DNA of 64,000 nt from Tubiluchus corallicola (lineage: Eukaryota > Animalia > Priapulida): assembly GCA_030141605.1 (NCBI GenBank), contig JAQGDQ010000530.1, positions 62,001 to 126,000 of the forward strand, read 5' to 3'. Numbering within the stretch: the stretch's first letter is position 1; every line of letters starts with the position of its first letter. Below, in pieces: positions 14,206-60,235 of the stretch. The position numbers and the translations under genes were made by a program. The notes beneath the pieces are model-generated. The model was not told where the DNA came from. It searched no databases and saw nothing but the letters and a program-made list of their open reading frames with translations.

Positions 14206-15127
14206 TTAAACGCTTTCAAACAGAAAAGGAAAGCAGCACATTAAAGTAGGCCCTAAAACACAAACTGTTAGGTATAGTTTGAAAGTGAGTGCAAGTTATT
14301 AAAACTAAATTTTCGGCCCAGCAGCAGATTTTTTCCTCTTCTGTGCAAGACTGAAAGAAGACGAAAAACTCGAAAATTTAATCACATTCGGACCTACTCC
14401 ACAATACACTTACAGGTCCACGTGGGTTTTATGAATGCTTGTATTAAATGAACAAGGCTTAACATGTAAAGTTTACCAAGTTGGAGCTCACTGGGAGCTG
14501 AGACTAGAGCTCATCTGCATTGGACTAATTTGTATGCATCCTTATGGTCATTTGAACTATTTTCACTCAATTCAATATTTAATTTGTTGTTGTATCACTA
14601 AAATAAGCCTATAACACACGCTCTTCGCATAATTACACCATCAATAAACATTCATAATATTCCTGCATCTATCGTCCATCCCTTTTTGACGTAAAATGCA
14701 GCCATTGCATAGTGAAATACTTTGCAACAATTCTACAATGCTCAAATGCTCATTCACGACAGTTCTAAAGAATACATTGTACAAAAATAGACAGGCAGAT
14801 AAAAAACCTAAATAAGCATCAATATTTAATATAATCTTAAGTATAAATGGTAGCATTTTCAGAAAATTTTGGAGCAATTACTGTAAATTTCTGTAATAGT
14901 GACATACAAAATTGATATATTTCCGGCATTTATTTCTTTCACTTTTTGTTCTAAAGCTGCTATATGTTTTGAAAAATATGAGAAAATGGCACATTTTTAC
15001 TGTTTATACAAAATGGTCTGCTGCATCATTGTAGCAATTGTTGAGAGATTCCGTTATTTTCTTCTTATAATATCATGATCAAAACTTTGGCGCATTTTTG
15101 TGCCACTTGATATAATTTTATTGTGAT

Positions 15128-16557
15128 TTGTGGTATTTTTTTGACGATTCTTTTCCAAAATGGCTGAATTTTGAAGTTGGCCTCTTGGTGCTGTTTTGTC
15201 GTCACACTGTCCCGCAATGTGAAATATCCGTGAATGTGAAAGTTGTTAATCGATATGATGACACACTTCACGCCAATATGGCACAAGACAAGATCAAGAA
15301 GAAGAGACTGAGGAATCTTCTTCAATTGTCTAAAAGAGAAAAATTGGAAAGAAATTCTTCTGAAGCTCTTAAGGTTCATCGTTAAAATGGTTTTCAAAAT
15401 TCGGTGCCAAACTTGACGATAATACTGAGAGTATGTTTGCCTAAAGCCATCAGTGTGGCTAGCTGTAAGCAAAGTTTTTCTAAGTTGAAATTTATAAAGA
15501 ATTACGTTCTGTCAACTATAAGCAGGGATGTTGCCAAAATGAAATTTCCGGTTCGGTTTGCAGATAGTTTCAGTTTCGACAAAATTTATTAAGCTTCGTA
15601 ACCGAAATTTCAGATAATTTTCGGTAGTACTTTTTCGAAGTTTTTCTAGTATTTATCCAAAAAAACCTTTTCTTTTTTCCTAGATGTCAAAACCGTTGAA
15701 AAATCTTGGCTAAAATAGTTCAAATAAAGTGAAAATTTCATTTACATATCAGTTTGTGACATTCTTTTAGTGGTAATATGGCATATCTTCAATGCTGACG
15801 ACTGTGAAGTTTTGGGGTCTCCAGACTCAATCAACCAAAATATGAAACCATGTTTGAATTTATTTCAGCAAAATCACATTTCATTCTATAATTTATGAAA
15901 TACAGGCAAAAAATTGTCTACAAAATAAAATTTGTTTATTTTTAAAGAAGCATTAAGATTTTTAAACATTAATCATTAAGGATACTTAAATCCAAAAACA
16001 TTGTAACATATTAATTTTTCTTAGGTTTACAAGCCAATCCATCAAACTTGAGGTTCTATACCAAAAACTTCCTTGTGTTTTGCATTAGATTTTTTAACAG
16101 TAATTTTGCATCACAGTAAATGAAAGCAAAAAAACAAAATATTTTACTTAATTATTTTAGAATGTTCTTTTTTCAGTTTTAATAATAGTTGGTTTTTTGC
16201 AAAATGTTTCGGTTCGGTTTTGTTTCGGTATCGGTTTCCTACGTACGATAAATTTTAGTTACGGTTTGTAAATTCAGTTTCAGTAACATCCCTGACTATG
16301 AGTAATCACAGATTCACTAACTTAGTGATTTTTTCTATTGAAAGAGAATATACCGTCAAAATACACAGTCACTTAATATTGATGAGATCATAATGGACTT
16401 TGCAATTTGAAAAGTTAGAAGGTCGTTAAGAACCAAAGTCCTTATATAAAAAATATCTTTCACATACATGCGTTTGTGGCAGCCAAAGGTGTGTTACGTT
16501 TAAGGAAGCGTAACTTTGATACCGCATAGGGCAGCCAAGCACCAAGCTACGCCACTA
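15128..16557 (+). mobile_element. Degenerate hAT transposon 3' part (dimerisation domain), interrupted by a MITE
   Basis: PNLTIILRV..AISVASCKQSFSKLKFIKNYVLST resumes after the insert as TMSNHRFTNLVIFSIER; a hAT-type end gctacgccacta lies at ~16546-16557. Confidence 0.75.
15523..16294. mobile_element. Non-autonomous hAT element nested in the hAT remnant
   Basis: TIRs CAGGGATGTT...AACATCCCTG; 8-bp TSD actataag/actatgag. A related partial copy lies in reverse at ~8160-8444. Confidence 0.85.
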
Positions 16558-19500
16558 AGCAACATGATACTAGTTTGTGCTAATGTGGGTAAATTCAAAC
16601 AGAGCATCATGTGGCACCTGTGCGTCTCTTGACTGAACACATTGGAAGACAATATCATAATGTAGATTTCAATAATTTAAATGAATTCTTTTCTTATCAA
16701 AATAGGTTTAAATTGTGCTTTATTTATGACAGCTGTGCAACAATGTGTTTATTTAATATGACACATTGGCTACACTGAACTTTGGAATGTTTTTAATCAA
16801 ATTTTCCCTTTATTACAAAAGCAATATGAATTTTCAGCCTTGAACTGAATATAATTTTCAGGTTTTGAGAGTTGCTTGTCGATAATCAAAGGTGACCTCA
16901 AAATTTCTTGTTGTTTGCAAAAAATTTTTCAACGCTTTGGCTAGATCTAGCTATTCCTTGAAGTTACTGCCTGATTACGGACAGCCTCAAAATATAATAA
17001 AATAAAATGTTATAAAATTCAAAAAATAACATAGCAGCAAGTGATAAAAAGAGAATGGAATTTTGAGTAGATTTTGGAAGAAATAATTTCATGAAACTTG
17101 CGAAATCTAATTCAGGCTGAGGAAGTGTCGTTGTGATTTCGGTTTTCCCCAAGTTCGGCCATATTGCCAGCTCTGATATTTCATTTTTGCTGTGCTGTAC
17201 AAGCAAAGGAACTACAAAGAAGTACACACCTCAGAAATGTAATTTCGGATAGCTTTCCTTAATTTTATTACCAACTTCAAGTTCAAGATTTGAACTGTAG
17301 ATAACTTATAATGGTGATTATAAAATCAGACAAAATTCGTGTAAGACGGTTTTATCGCCATGCGCGTCCGACTTACGACGATAGAAACTGGATTTTTAAT
17401 TTTTTCACCTTAAAAGTTAAGTAACATTAGCTCAACGACTTTAGGACAAGAAATTGTTATAATAAAATTAACACTGCCCGCGAGTATTATTGAAAATCAA
17501 TTATAATCTTAAAAGGCACGTCCAAGCGATTCGTCAAGAGGCACCAGAGACTTAGAATTCACGTCGGGAATTTTTTCGCCTAAAAGTTAGCTCAGGCGCA
17601 TGCATACGTGTACACCCCGCCAACTTGCACACTAACCTTTGAATATTTTTCAGCGATTTTCCTGGACCACATTTTACAAAAGACAAAAGCGTCTCTAATC
17701 GCTATGCAACGCAACCAACCGCAACATGTGCCAGACGTGCAATCTTGATTTACTCGAAGTTAGAAGTTTATTACCAACGTTACACAGCGGCAAGCGACAC
17801 GTTAAAACTATAACTGTAACTATAATTATGACCATATGCATAAAGGACACCTTGCTATACCTTAGTTTGGGAGTGTAATTATTTATATAAATTGTCGTCT
17901 TATTTTCTAGTCTCCGTGTTGTATTACAATTTCATTTAATGACACTACCTTATATTAGCATAGTTTGTTAGGTATTCTTGTAATTCAATTTAGCTTTTTT
18001 GAGACTCCACGTGAAATAAATCAGCTACTTTTCTTGAGCAAAGTTTTTAGGTCATTCCATGACGTTGCTAATTAACAGTTGTCACGTAATTTTGTTATGT
18101 CAAAAGGCGAATAAAGTTAATAAACCTAATTTCACTAGTTATTATGGTATGGGACATTTTTGTGTTGTTTTATTGTGGTGGCTCGTGATGCTGGATATGT
18201 AGGCCTACGGTAGACAATAATATTTGTGTAGACCAAACAGTTGGGGATAAATATGAAGGAAGTTTATTGAAAAGTTACATACAACTACAAGTAGTCAATT
18301 CCTTTACACAATAAGAAAAGCATTTTCACTTCTAACCATAACATCATAATCTCATAAAAATTATAAGTGTTCTGCTTTCAAATTGTCTAAGCGTGTCTTC
18401 ACAATAATTCTGCATACGAGTAATATACTTGAACTTAATAACGTAAATTTCTGGCATTTAACTCTGCATTCCATGCATCTACCTGAGTTAACTTTTTAAA
18501 AACTTTTGTGCAAGTCTAGTGGTAACATATGTTTAACAATAAGAATAAAAATCATTTTATATTGCACACATGGACAGTAGCAATATTACACCAAGGTACA
18601 ACAAAAGAATGCCAAATGCGAGGGCAACGTACAACCATAGAGTCCTGAACACATGTTGCCCTTATTTTACCTAACTTTTCTCTGCTCAAATCTTGCCAGC
18701 AGTGTGACCAGACTCTGTTACATGCTACAATAATATTAGCAACCAGATGAATGCATGCATAATAAAGTAGTATTTACTAAACTAATTAGGAACTTAAACA
18801 AAGAAGATCAGGACAGCAAGACAGTCTATCATCATCATACGCCTGTCACGTCTATTGTATACATTGGGCAGGCAGAATTCTAAAATAAAAGAAATCTGCC
18901 TTCAGACAGGTAAACGCATCAGTAATCCAGCAAAAAAAAACTAGACAGCACCACCTCCGACAAAAGACAGTCTAGAATGCAGAACCCTGCTAAGCAATTA
19001 CCGAGATCTTTGATCTACACAAACCTTATCTATCAAAGTATACAAAAACAAAGTAGGGAAATACTACTGCGCAGCAGTTCGCGCAGTTAGTGTCGCCCTA
19101 GCGGCAGAGTAGTACGGACTGTTGTTGTCGGGTACACTACAGCGCAAGCTGCGTGTACTGTAGCAGATGATTTGATGAGACTACCAAAGCAAGGCCAGTT
19201 AACAGGTGCTGATAAAGTTGCGTGAGTGAGTTGTGAGCAACACAGCAGTGAGTTGCGAAAACACAAATAAAAATATCTTTTTCAATTTCGCAAGGATGCA
19301 GCCAGGTAATTATAATAAAATGTTAATTATAACACAGTTTTGTAAATTTTGTTACAAGTTAAATATTTTGTACAATAAGCAGAGACTGTGCTACATCTCT
19401 CTTTGGCGATTTATAGCAGCTGTTATAGTTTTGAATATTATTTAAAGCAAGCATAAGGCATTAAGAATAATTAGTAGTGAAAATAAAAACTATTATAATC

Positions 19501-21944
19501 ATATCTCATGAAAATTAATAGGCTTATTTACAAAAGAAGTTAAGAAAGTTGATCATAAAGAAAGTTTGCAAATACCTGGCTCATGTAGTATTCTATTTCT
19601 GGAGAAATATTTTTTCTAAAAACATTCCTATTTAATATGTTCTTATCAGGAAATATAACTTGAAGAAATATTAGGCCTGACTTTCATGTGTAATACGTTT
19701 CATAGAAAAAAATCGATTTTTCAGAAGCGCAAATAAATTTTCCAGAACAAAACTTAATCCAAGCACCTACATGTTTTGTTAATTCCAAGTTAAAAGGTGT
19801 TTAAAAAGCATATAATCATACATTGGCCTTTGTTATGAGTTGGAGTTGGTTATAAAATCACGTTGAACAAACGGAGATGCATTTATGACATTACTCCTCC
19901 TTTTTATTATCAGTGAACAAAAAAATAACAAAACGAAACATCAGAGCTGTCATCCTAAGCAGCCGACATTACTTCCACCTCTATAACAACCAACTAACTA
20001 GGTCAAAATCAAGTTATGGAACTCAGGTGAGAAGCCAACCTGGCGCATAAATTAGAATGGGCAGGCGTGTCATAACACTTTGTATATAATGTGTAGACGT
20101 CTCTTATATTTAGCCTATTTTTTTAAGATTCAGTTAGGCTTACGTCATAATAAGTTTCATTAAACACAGTTTGTTTACATGTAAAAATGTACTTGTATAA
20201 GCGTACTAATAAAACACCTGTGGCTAAATCCACTGACAATAAATATTATTTATTGATTGGCTTAAATTAATTGATTTTATACAGGCCTAGGTGCTAAGGG
20301 CAATCATTTTATATAGTTAAATAAATAGGCTCAGCTTCATAGAACCTTTGTATGTAATGCATACATCATACATGTATGTAAGTCTGTGTGCATGGGTGAA
20401 TCAAGACGTTACGACGTCCTAGGCTGGCAGTTCAGTCCTACTTATCTCTACTACTGTAATGATTATTTATATATGAAGCACCTTATGCAATTACTTGTTG
20501 TGTGCATGTGTGCGTGTGCGAATTATTTATATACAAACCTACAATATAATATATGTGTAACGATATACATTAATTGCAGGGCAGGTAAATGGGTGCAATT
20601 TTTAATGTGCCGAATTCGCTACCTCCCATTGGAGTAAAACGACCGAGAAAGAAATGGCGGAATCTTCAACAAAAGGAAAAGAAGGATCTCTCTCTGTGTC
20701 TCTCTCCCTCCCTCCCTTTCTCTGTCTCTCTCTCTCTCTCTCCCTCCCTTTGACTGTCTCTCTTCCCCTCTCTCTCTTGCTCTCTCTCTCCCTTCCTCTC
20801 TTTCTCTCTAAGACAGGGAGAGAAAAATCGAAAAATCAATAAAGAATGCATTACTTTTTTACATAGTAAACAGCCCATCACGCAGTCAGCTAGCCTCTTT
20901 CCTCAGGAAGAACAATAACATTTTACTTACAAGAAAACTGAAGAAGTATTTGCAAGTACATAATTCAAACTTATTGCTACATTTTTTTTCCTTTTCATTA
21001 AATGTTTTCAGTTTTTAAACTAATAATTGCTTTTAATTGAGATATTCTTCTTTTATTAAAAACGCAAAAGTGATTTTGGCTTATCGAAATGGCGCGTATG
21101 CCAACATTATAGGTGAACTTAAGAATATTATTATTACAGTCAATGCGCCGCTCAAAATTTTTTAATCATCTGCCGTTTGATGCCGCCAGCATAGCCGCTA
21201 ATCGCAAAAACGAAATACGTAACAATAGTATTTCGTCAGTTCCTCTTTTTACACTTTGTATATATGGTATTATCATTTAATAAAACGGGATCCAATCTTA
21301 AACTGCAGGTCAAAACAATCTACTCTTTAAAGTATTGAAAGGAAGCATACTATTTTTTTAAAAATGACTTACGTGAAAGAATTATTACCACACAAACACA
21401 GTTTCACATTCGCGCCACAAGTTCTTCATTGTTACAAGCATTTCGCCATTCGCTAGTTAGATGGGCACGAGCTTCTGCATCTCAAAAACGCGTTGCACAA
21501 AGACAGACGCTGCACCTCTCAGTTTAGAGATGTTCAGTTGTGATGGGGCGGATAAGTTCGGGAGTTCATGCGTGAGTATGGGTACAGCAAGTAAACTTGA
21601 AACTTTGATTTTAAACTTAAGATTTTTCGAGGTTTGGTGTAAATTTGCCGAATATTTACAAAATGTGTTACAACACGTTACGCAACACCTCACTTCCACG
21701 TGTTGTAATTTCTCAGCTCCTATAACATACATTCCAATTTTACTATAATTTTTTAATCAATCATACAGTACAAGTCTTTAGCTTAGTAGGCAGTAGTAAT
21801 TAGCAGCAGAAGGTATTAGCAACACGCACAACAAGCTTATTATAAATAAATTACCACGAACAAAAGTTATACTCCTATAAAGCCAACTTACACAACATGC
21901 GATAATGTAAAGCAAAAAATACGAGCTTCAAATTTAATACATTA

Positions 21945-45833
<23,889 letters not shown>

Positions 45834-46818
45834 CCCTCCACCATTAAGTACATCACACGCAGTGGTTACTAAACGTTTTGAATGATCTGTAAGAGATAGT
45901 GGTCACGTTACTGGTCAATGCGGTCACCACAACACTAGTGAGCACGCAGGTAAACTACAAAGTACGTATTAATAGTTTCAAGACACTAACACGTTTCTGC
46001 TTTTAAACTGCCACATTAATTAATAATAAACTTAAAAGTAATTTTCCAGTGTAGACTACTCATGCTATAATACAGCACTGTTGACTTTATCTCGCATAAA
46101 TTGAACCTCAGGGTAAACTTGACCGTTTAGCAGTTTGACACTATAATGGTTAATGAATATAAAGTGTCTACTATTTTCAAGCTCGAAATGTGGATACATG
46201 ACCTACATAGTAAGTGTATAAACGAAATTTCTAGAAGAGCGAACTATGATTAACAAACGCAAGAGCGAAATTAACAAACGCAAGAATCTGTAAATACTTT
46301 AATAGAGACAGCTACAAACATTGCATTAGTGAGTTCTAATTAATATATTTTAAAATTCTAACCTGTTCAAAGCTCTGGAACCCATATTATTTGTGTTTGC
46401 CCTGGGCAGAAATTAAATTCGGCTTTATTTATATCTGCTTCAATACAGTTCAGACCTTTAACTAGGTCAATTTCTAGAAAACGATATGTTTAGTTTAGTT
46501 TACGGTACGACTTCTTCCTGTACACGATATAGAATATTTAGTTCGCAAATTTCGATATCTAAAGATAATTTTCTTTCTACGTATCGGATCTAAAACTTTA
46601 CAACATGCCCTCAAATTTTCACGATAAAAACGTAAATTACGTAACTATAATGGTGCCATTAGTTTAAATAATTGCATCTGTTAAACACGAAACTACAGAA
46701 GATAATAAAGGTCTCTATATTCTGCACGTTTCTTAATTAATATGATTCACACGTAGCTGCATGCATTTCTTAGCATCTTTAACTGGAAACAAGGGAAGTT
46801 TCCCGAAGACGTTACCAT

Positions 46819-47204
46819 CAGGGCCTATTTCAGCATAGGCGAGGCCCAGGGAAGTGGGGCGTGTGAGGCCCCATCGGGGAGGGGGGCGAGCGCTACCATA
46901 CCTTTCTGCGCCCAGAAAATTTTTGAACTGCTAGAACACCGGAGAAGCATTTCCGAAGAGAAAATATTTAGTTATACAGTTGTTAAAGGAAAGAACAATT
47001 GAAAGAAAAACTTTTATTCTCAAGACCAGTCCTTAATACTTGTCAATACTGGCAAACGGCGCGCGTGCGGCAAGAGAAAGAGAGGGAGAGAGAGGAGGCA
47101 GTATGTTCGCATAAAGCAAAAAAAATTTTACCTTGGCGCGAGGCCCCCCTGGAGGGTGAGGCCCCGGGGAAGTATCCCCACTTCCCCCCTTGAAATAGGC
47201 CCTG
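46819..47204. mobile_element. hAT-type MITE (386 bp) between the TTLL and MTAP 5' ends
   Basis: TIRs CAGGGCCTATTTCA...TGAAATAGGCCCTG; perfect 8-bp TSD gttaccat. Confidence 0.92.
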
Positions 47205-47339
47205 GTTACCATACAAAGTTATATTACTTAGCACTACGTTTACCTGTTTCAAAGACATACGTAAGAAGGAAAGTGGAAAAGAAAATTCTCAATAATTTAA
47301 AATGCTCGAATCACCTAGTAAAACCGGCAATGAATCGCT

Positions 47340-47650
47340 ATCAGAGTGTGCACCACTGATTCACCAAAAAACACATTATTGATTTATTGATAATATAAAG
47401 CAATTTTAAACCTTTGTTGAGTTAGCAAAGAGTGCGCTACGAATGCTCTGTTTATTTTCTCAAACTTTACACAATGTTATCTAAATCTGTTTCAAACGAC
47501 TTACCGTTAAAATGGCTGCATCTAACTGTGATCACGAGAGTTTACAAGTTTTGTACAGCGTTACCACCAAAAGTTGCGTAGAATAAGATTGCACGTGAGC
47601 GATAAAAATTTCAACAATTTTTAACTTCATTTATGAAAAGCGTTTCCTGT
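47340..47650. mobile_element. Dispersed repeat family D; second copy at ~38740-39230 with a local 33-bp tandem duplication
   Basis: gtgtgcaccactgattca(a/c)caaaaa.cacattattgat...gtgctacgaa...ttatctaa is shared by both copies. Confidence 0.65.
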
Positions 47651-48152
47651 GCTTTAAACAAAATCAACTATTACAAAAATAATTATCAATGCTTAACTGC
47701 GTAGAGAGACAGTTAATTCTTGTATTTTGACTTTAACTTTGACTGTACGTAGATTCCAACCTCTAGAACATTTTAATCATAATGCATTATGACTTAAATA
47801 AGGCAAGGATAGCCAGCAGGCATTCAACTGGAAAAACAGTGAAATCGAATCAGCCGTGTGGTATACTCTGAGGTCGGTGACAGTCAAGCGATTCTAATCT
47901 CAAGCAAGTTTAATAAATTCTGGACAGCGTTCTTCCCCCTTGGTCATTGAGTTTGTGCCGTGCACTTTTACAATTAAAAACAGAATTATTCAGAGTACCA
48001 GCAGCTGCCGGTAAAGCTGTTTTAAGAATACATTTCACGGGCTCCACTTATTTAACCACGTAACAGCAGCGGCAATGTTATCTTTACTCGTTGTGGCATA
48101 ATTAAGTCTTGTTTGTCATTATTGTTTGCATTGATTAATAAAGCAGTGGGTA

Positions 48153-56083
<7,931 letters not shown>

Positions 56084-57379
56084 AGATTTATAGACGAGAA
56101 ACTGGGACTTCGTTTAAAAAAGTTGTTTAATCTGTTTTGTACATCGGTTTTGCCAGAAAAAATTAAATGTCTATCTACGTTTATAGTTATGAAAAAACAT
56201 GTTTGGGAAGAAAAAATACAGTGTGATCGATACAAACTCGCTTTCTATTATAAACACTGTACGTTGATGTTGAACACAAGCTGCATGTGAGGGACCAGTA
56301 AGTGGTGTGTAATATGAGTACGTGCCAAGGACTACTACTATAGTAGTCCTTGGTACGTACATACAACGATTTATATTAAATAAATAATTGATGGTTAAAG
56401 GACGATTTTTCATATACTACCCCATTTTTAAGTCCGATAAAAAGTATAAATTTTAAAACAATTAATACTGGAAAAGTGTTTCTGATAATTAAATAATAGA
56501 GTTAAAAACTTAATTAACAGCAGGCGAGCTCAACTATTGATGACATTACAAACTAACATAATTTTCAACTGCAAAAATATTCCACGAGTGAGTGCTACTG
56601 TAAGATGTTCAGTGTGTTGTACTAAAACTAGACAAGTTTCGAGTTTAGATTTCAAATTTACAGCTGCGCCCACGCACGAGCTGTCGAACGTGCGTAGTTC
56701 GTCACAAACTAACACATCTGAACTGAGAAGTACAGCACCTGTTTTTTGTGCAATGAGAAATGCAGGCGCTAGCCCCCGTCTGTAACTAGCGAATGGCGAA
56801 ATGCATGTAACAGCGAAGAACTAGTGGCGCGAATACGAAATTGTATTTGTGCGGGTAATAATTCTTTCACGTTGATCATTTTTGAAAAAATAGTACGTTA
56901 CCTCTTCAATATTTTAGATTGTTTTGACCTACAGTTTAAGATTGGGTCCGGTTTTACTTTACCGTTATCTTACATTTTTATTATTTTTATTAAAATAATT
57001 AAGGATACACTCCACTACTGGATACATGCTATAGCCAACCTTATGATAGTTAAGTATACAAAGCTTATAAAGAAAACCGAACCTTAGCTGAGAACTGTTT
57101 TTGCTGGACTACTTTTGTAAAGTATATATTAAGTATATTATGTAGTATATATTAACCAAACAACGTTTTCACCTAAGCGTCTACTTAATACTAAAAACTG
57201 ATGAAACCATAATGATAACAAAACTGATGGACAAAACAAACCTTCAAAAAACAATGTTAACTAGAAGACTATTTATTTTGTGGTCATTTCAAATATGGTA
57301 CAACAAAATTTACAAAACTGAGAATCAGCTCTCATACTTTGTGTATTTAAAGAGGGAGGAACGTTAAAGCTAGAAAAAT

Positions 57380-57630
57380 CTCGGCTGAGAATCGTTTATG
57401 CTCATACTGTTTAAGAAATGAAATCGAAGACGAATTACACTTTCTTATAAAATGCCCATATTACACTGATCTTAGAGGAAAATCATATAATCACATCAAT
57501 ATAATTATGCCAGAAATTTTCCTTATAAGCGAAGCTGATAAATCTTTATTCTTGATGGGAAGTATTGATTTAGAAGTAATTAAGGCATTTATTGATTGTG
57601 TTGAAAAGTCGTTTTTAAAACATGATGAAC
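57380..57630 (+). mobile_element. LINE ORF2 3'-end remnant
   Basis: CSYCLRNEIEDELHFLIKCPYYTDLR motif. Confidence 0.7.
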
Positions 57631-59879
57631 AATAAACTATGTAATGATCATGTCATTGAAAATGAGGCCTAACGAATGAGAATTTATTTTAAATACTAAT
57701 CATTAAACTTTTCATTAAATAACTAATATAACTAACGGAAGATTTAATAACATTTGTTTTATTTGTAATTGTTTTGTTTGTATACAGTGTCATTATATTT
57801 CAAAATTAAAATTGTATGTATGTCTAATTTTTTTCTTGTATTGTATGTATTTTGACACTATTAAACATCCATCTTAAAAACATGTTGAATTGAATTTGCA
57901 TTTTTAACAGAAAAACAAAGAAATAATAAAACCTAACTTTGACTGCCCTTAAATTAATGTTAAATATTTGTGTGAGATTTGCTAATGAGTGTGAAATACT
58001 TTTTACATTAACAAGTCAAAGTGTATTTTATTTCGACGAAACATAAATTGTGCTGATATTCGTGAGAACATAAATGGTGAACCTCAAAACTGGGATAACG
58101 AAGTGATTCGTCTCGGTCATAAATTGTGTTATGATTTGAATCAGAAATCTGATATCATGAGATGGAAACAAAAATTCTTAACCTCTTTGGAATTTGCTTC
58201 TCAGTTGGCCGTCACTAACAAGCATGCATTGTTGAAACTACTTCAATATTTTCTCTTTTTATGATAGCGTGATATCTGAATGATGCTGCAATCTACACTT
58301 TAGCTGTTGAATTGAAGTGTTCACTCTTTACCTAGAGACAGCCATGTCGCAATGAATTTTATGTATAGTTGAAACAGTACCGCTTGAAAGATTGGTAGCA
58401 AAGCGCTCTGCTAACTTGTTCAGGATCGTAAGTGACTGTTGCGTTTTGCGTGGGTTCATGAAAAACTGCTCCCACTAAGCATCGATTAGGCGATAATTTT
58501 TGTAGGTTTCTACTCCTCACAATGGATTTTTATGCAAAATTATATATGATATGCATTTGATTGCCTTAGTCAACTTAAAAATCAATTTTTTAAGAATAAA
58601 TTGAAAAAACTTTCAGTAACTGCAGTGTTTGGACTGTAACAAAGTATAGTATCACTTGAAACCGGCTAATGCAGAAAATTTCAACTCTCCAGAGGCAATA
58701 CACACATTGGCCTCAAGTCCACGCTGTTTTTAAAGTGAGATTGTTAATAAAAGATGAAACGACATCAGATTGTCCTTTCCTGATACGTTGTTTTTTCTTG
58801 GACTAGCAACAGAACACTGCATAGCTTGGGTTGCGGCAAGCAGGCGATCAATTAGTGTGTACGATCGCGCAAGTGTGCACCAGACTAAGCTACTCAATTG
58901 GCTAGGTTGGAGTGCCTGAAAAGGGCGTGTTTTTCTTATTTTTTTCCAATTAAATCACTTATAAGTGTTTAAACAAATAGCATGGTTGGAGAGCCCATAT
59001 TCTCCTGAATAAAATAGTGCCTAATTTGTAATCATTTAGTTAAGTTTAGACTCATACAGTAGTAGAAAACTCATAAGTCTCATAACACTATTTTGCATGG
59101 TGCGGTTCTGAAGGAGTTAATATTTAAGGATTTAGCAATACTGAATAAATACTCAAGCTTGTCAGTACTTGGTAAAAATAGATTATTCGTGGTTACTGTA
59201 GCATTTGACAAAATTGGATTTTATACAGACACATACGACACATGTTCATAATTTCAAGAACAGTACAAATATTACAGAGACAAGCAAGTCGAAACGACCC
59301 AAAAATTTGCTTCAAGCCAAAGTTTTTTTGTTAATTAGAGTGATTAATTACCGTAAGCGCGCATTTGAACTACCGGGTCACTAACCTTTGTCAAAGCTGT
59401 AACTTAGCTCAAGTAGTTGTAGTCTCTTACAAGTGGCTGTTACAAGTGCAATCTGTGCCTGTTTACATTCTAGGTAACCGCTTGATTTACGTTATTTTTT
59501 AAATATAGGAGTGAATTTTAACTACTAATGTAGTTGATAGCGAAAAAACAGCAAACTGAGACATGTTTGCTCGAGTTTATTATCACCAGTACGTAATTTC
59601 TGACGTGGCTTTTAAAAAAACACATTTAGAATCAGGCTTTAAAAATCAAGAAATTTTAAAACCACAGTTCCCGTAGGTATATTCTATTTTTGTGAAATTA
59701 AAGTTACGTACTGCAGCTTTTGGTAGCTTTTTATCGTTACGTATGACATGGCTCGGGCATCTAAAAAACACGAATTTTGATTTCTGTTTCTTCAAATACT
59801 TTCATGTTAAAACTGGAGCTAAAACAACTTTGTTTTTGCATTTAGGTCACTCACTGAATTACTGCGTCCCTTATTGCAC

Positions 59880-60035
59880 TAAGCAGGTTTATTGTTGCTA
59901 TTTTAAACAAATCACACCAGCTTTAATATCAAGATAATGGTCATACAGGCAAAATTTTAAGCAGGTTTATTGTTGCTAATTTAAACAAATCACACCAGCT
60001 TTAATATCAAGATAATGGTCATACAGGCAAAATTG
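59880..60035. repeat. 78-bp direct tandem duplication
   Basis: taagcaggtttattgttgcta...catacaggcaaaatt occurs twice head to tail. Confidence 0.9.
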
Positions 60036-60235
60036 CAAGATATTAATTTTAATATTAAGTTTAGCTTCATCCAGTTTCACACTGGAGTTTTAACAGTTGA
60101 TATTATAGGTGTCAAATATTCGCAAATCAAAATCATTTTAATTCTGATGTGTTTTAAAGCAATAATTTCTTAACGTGCAGGTGAATAAAGCTGCACAATC
60201 TTTCAGAGAAGTCAAGCAGTAAAGTTTGAATAATC

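Noticed and set aside
58030-58265. Open frame NGEPQNWDNEVIRLGHKL as a host exon
   Set aside because: It resembles the post-RT region of non-LTR retrotransposons and lacks convincing splice sites.
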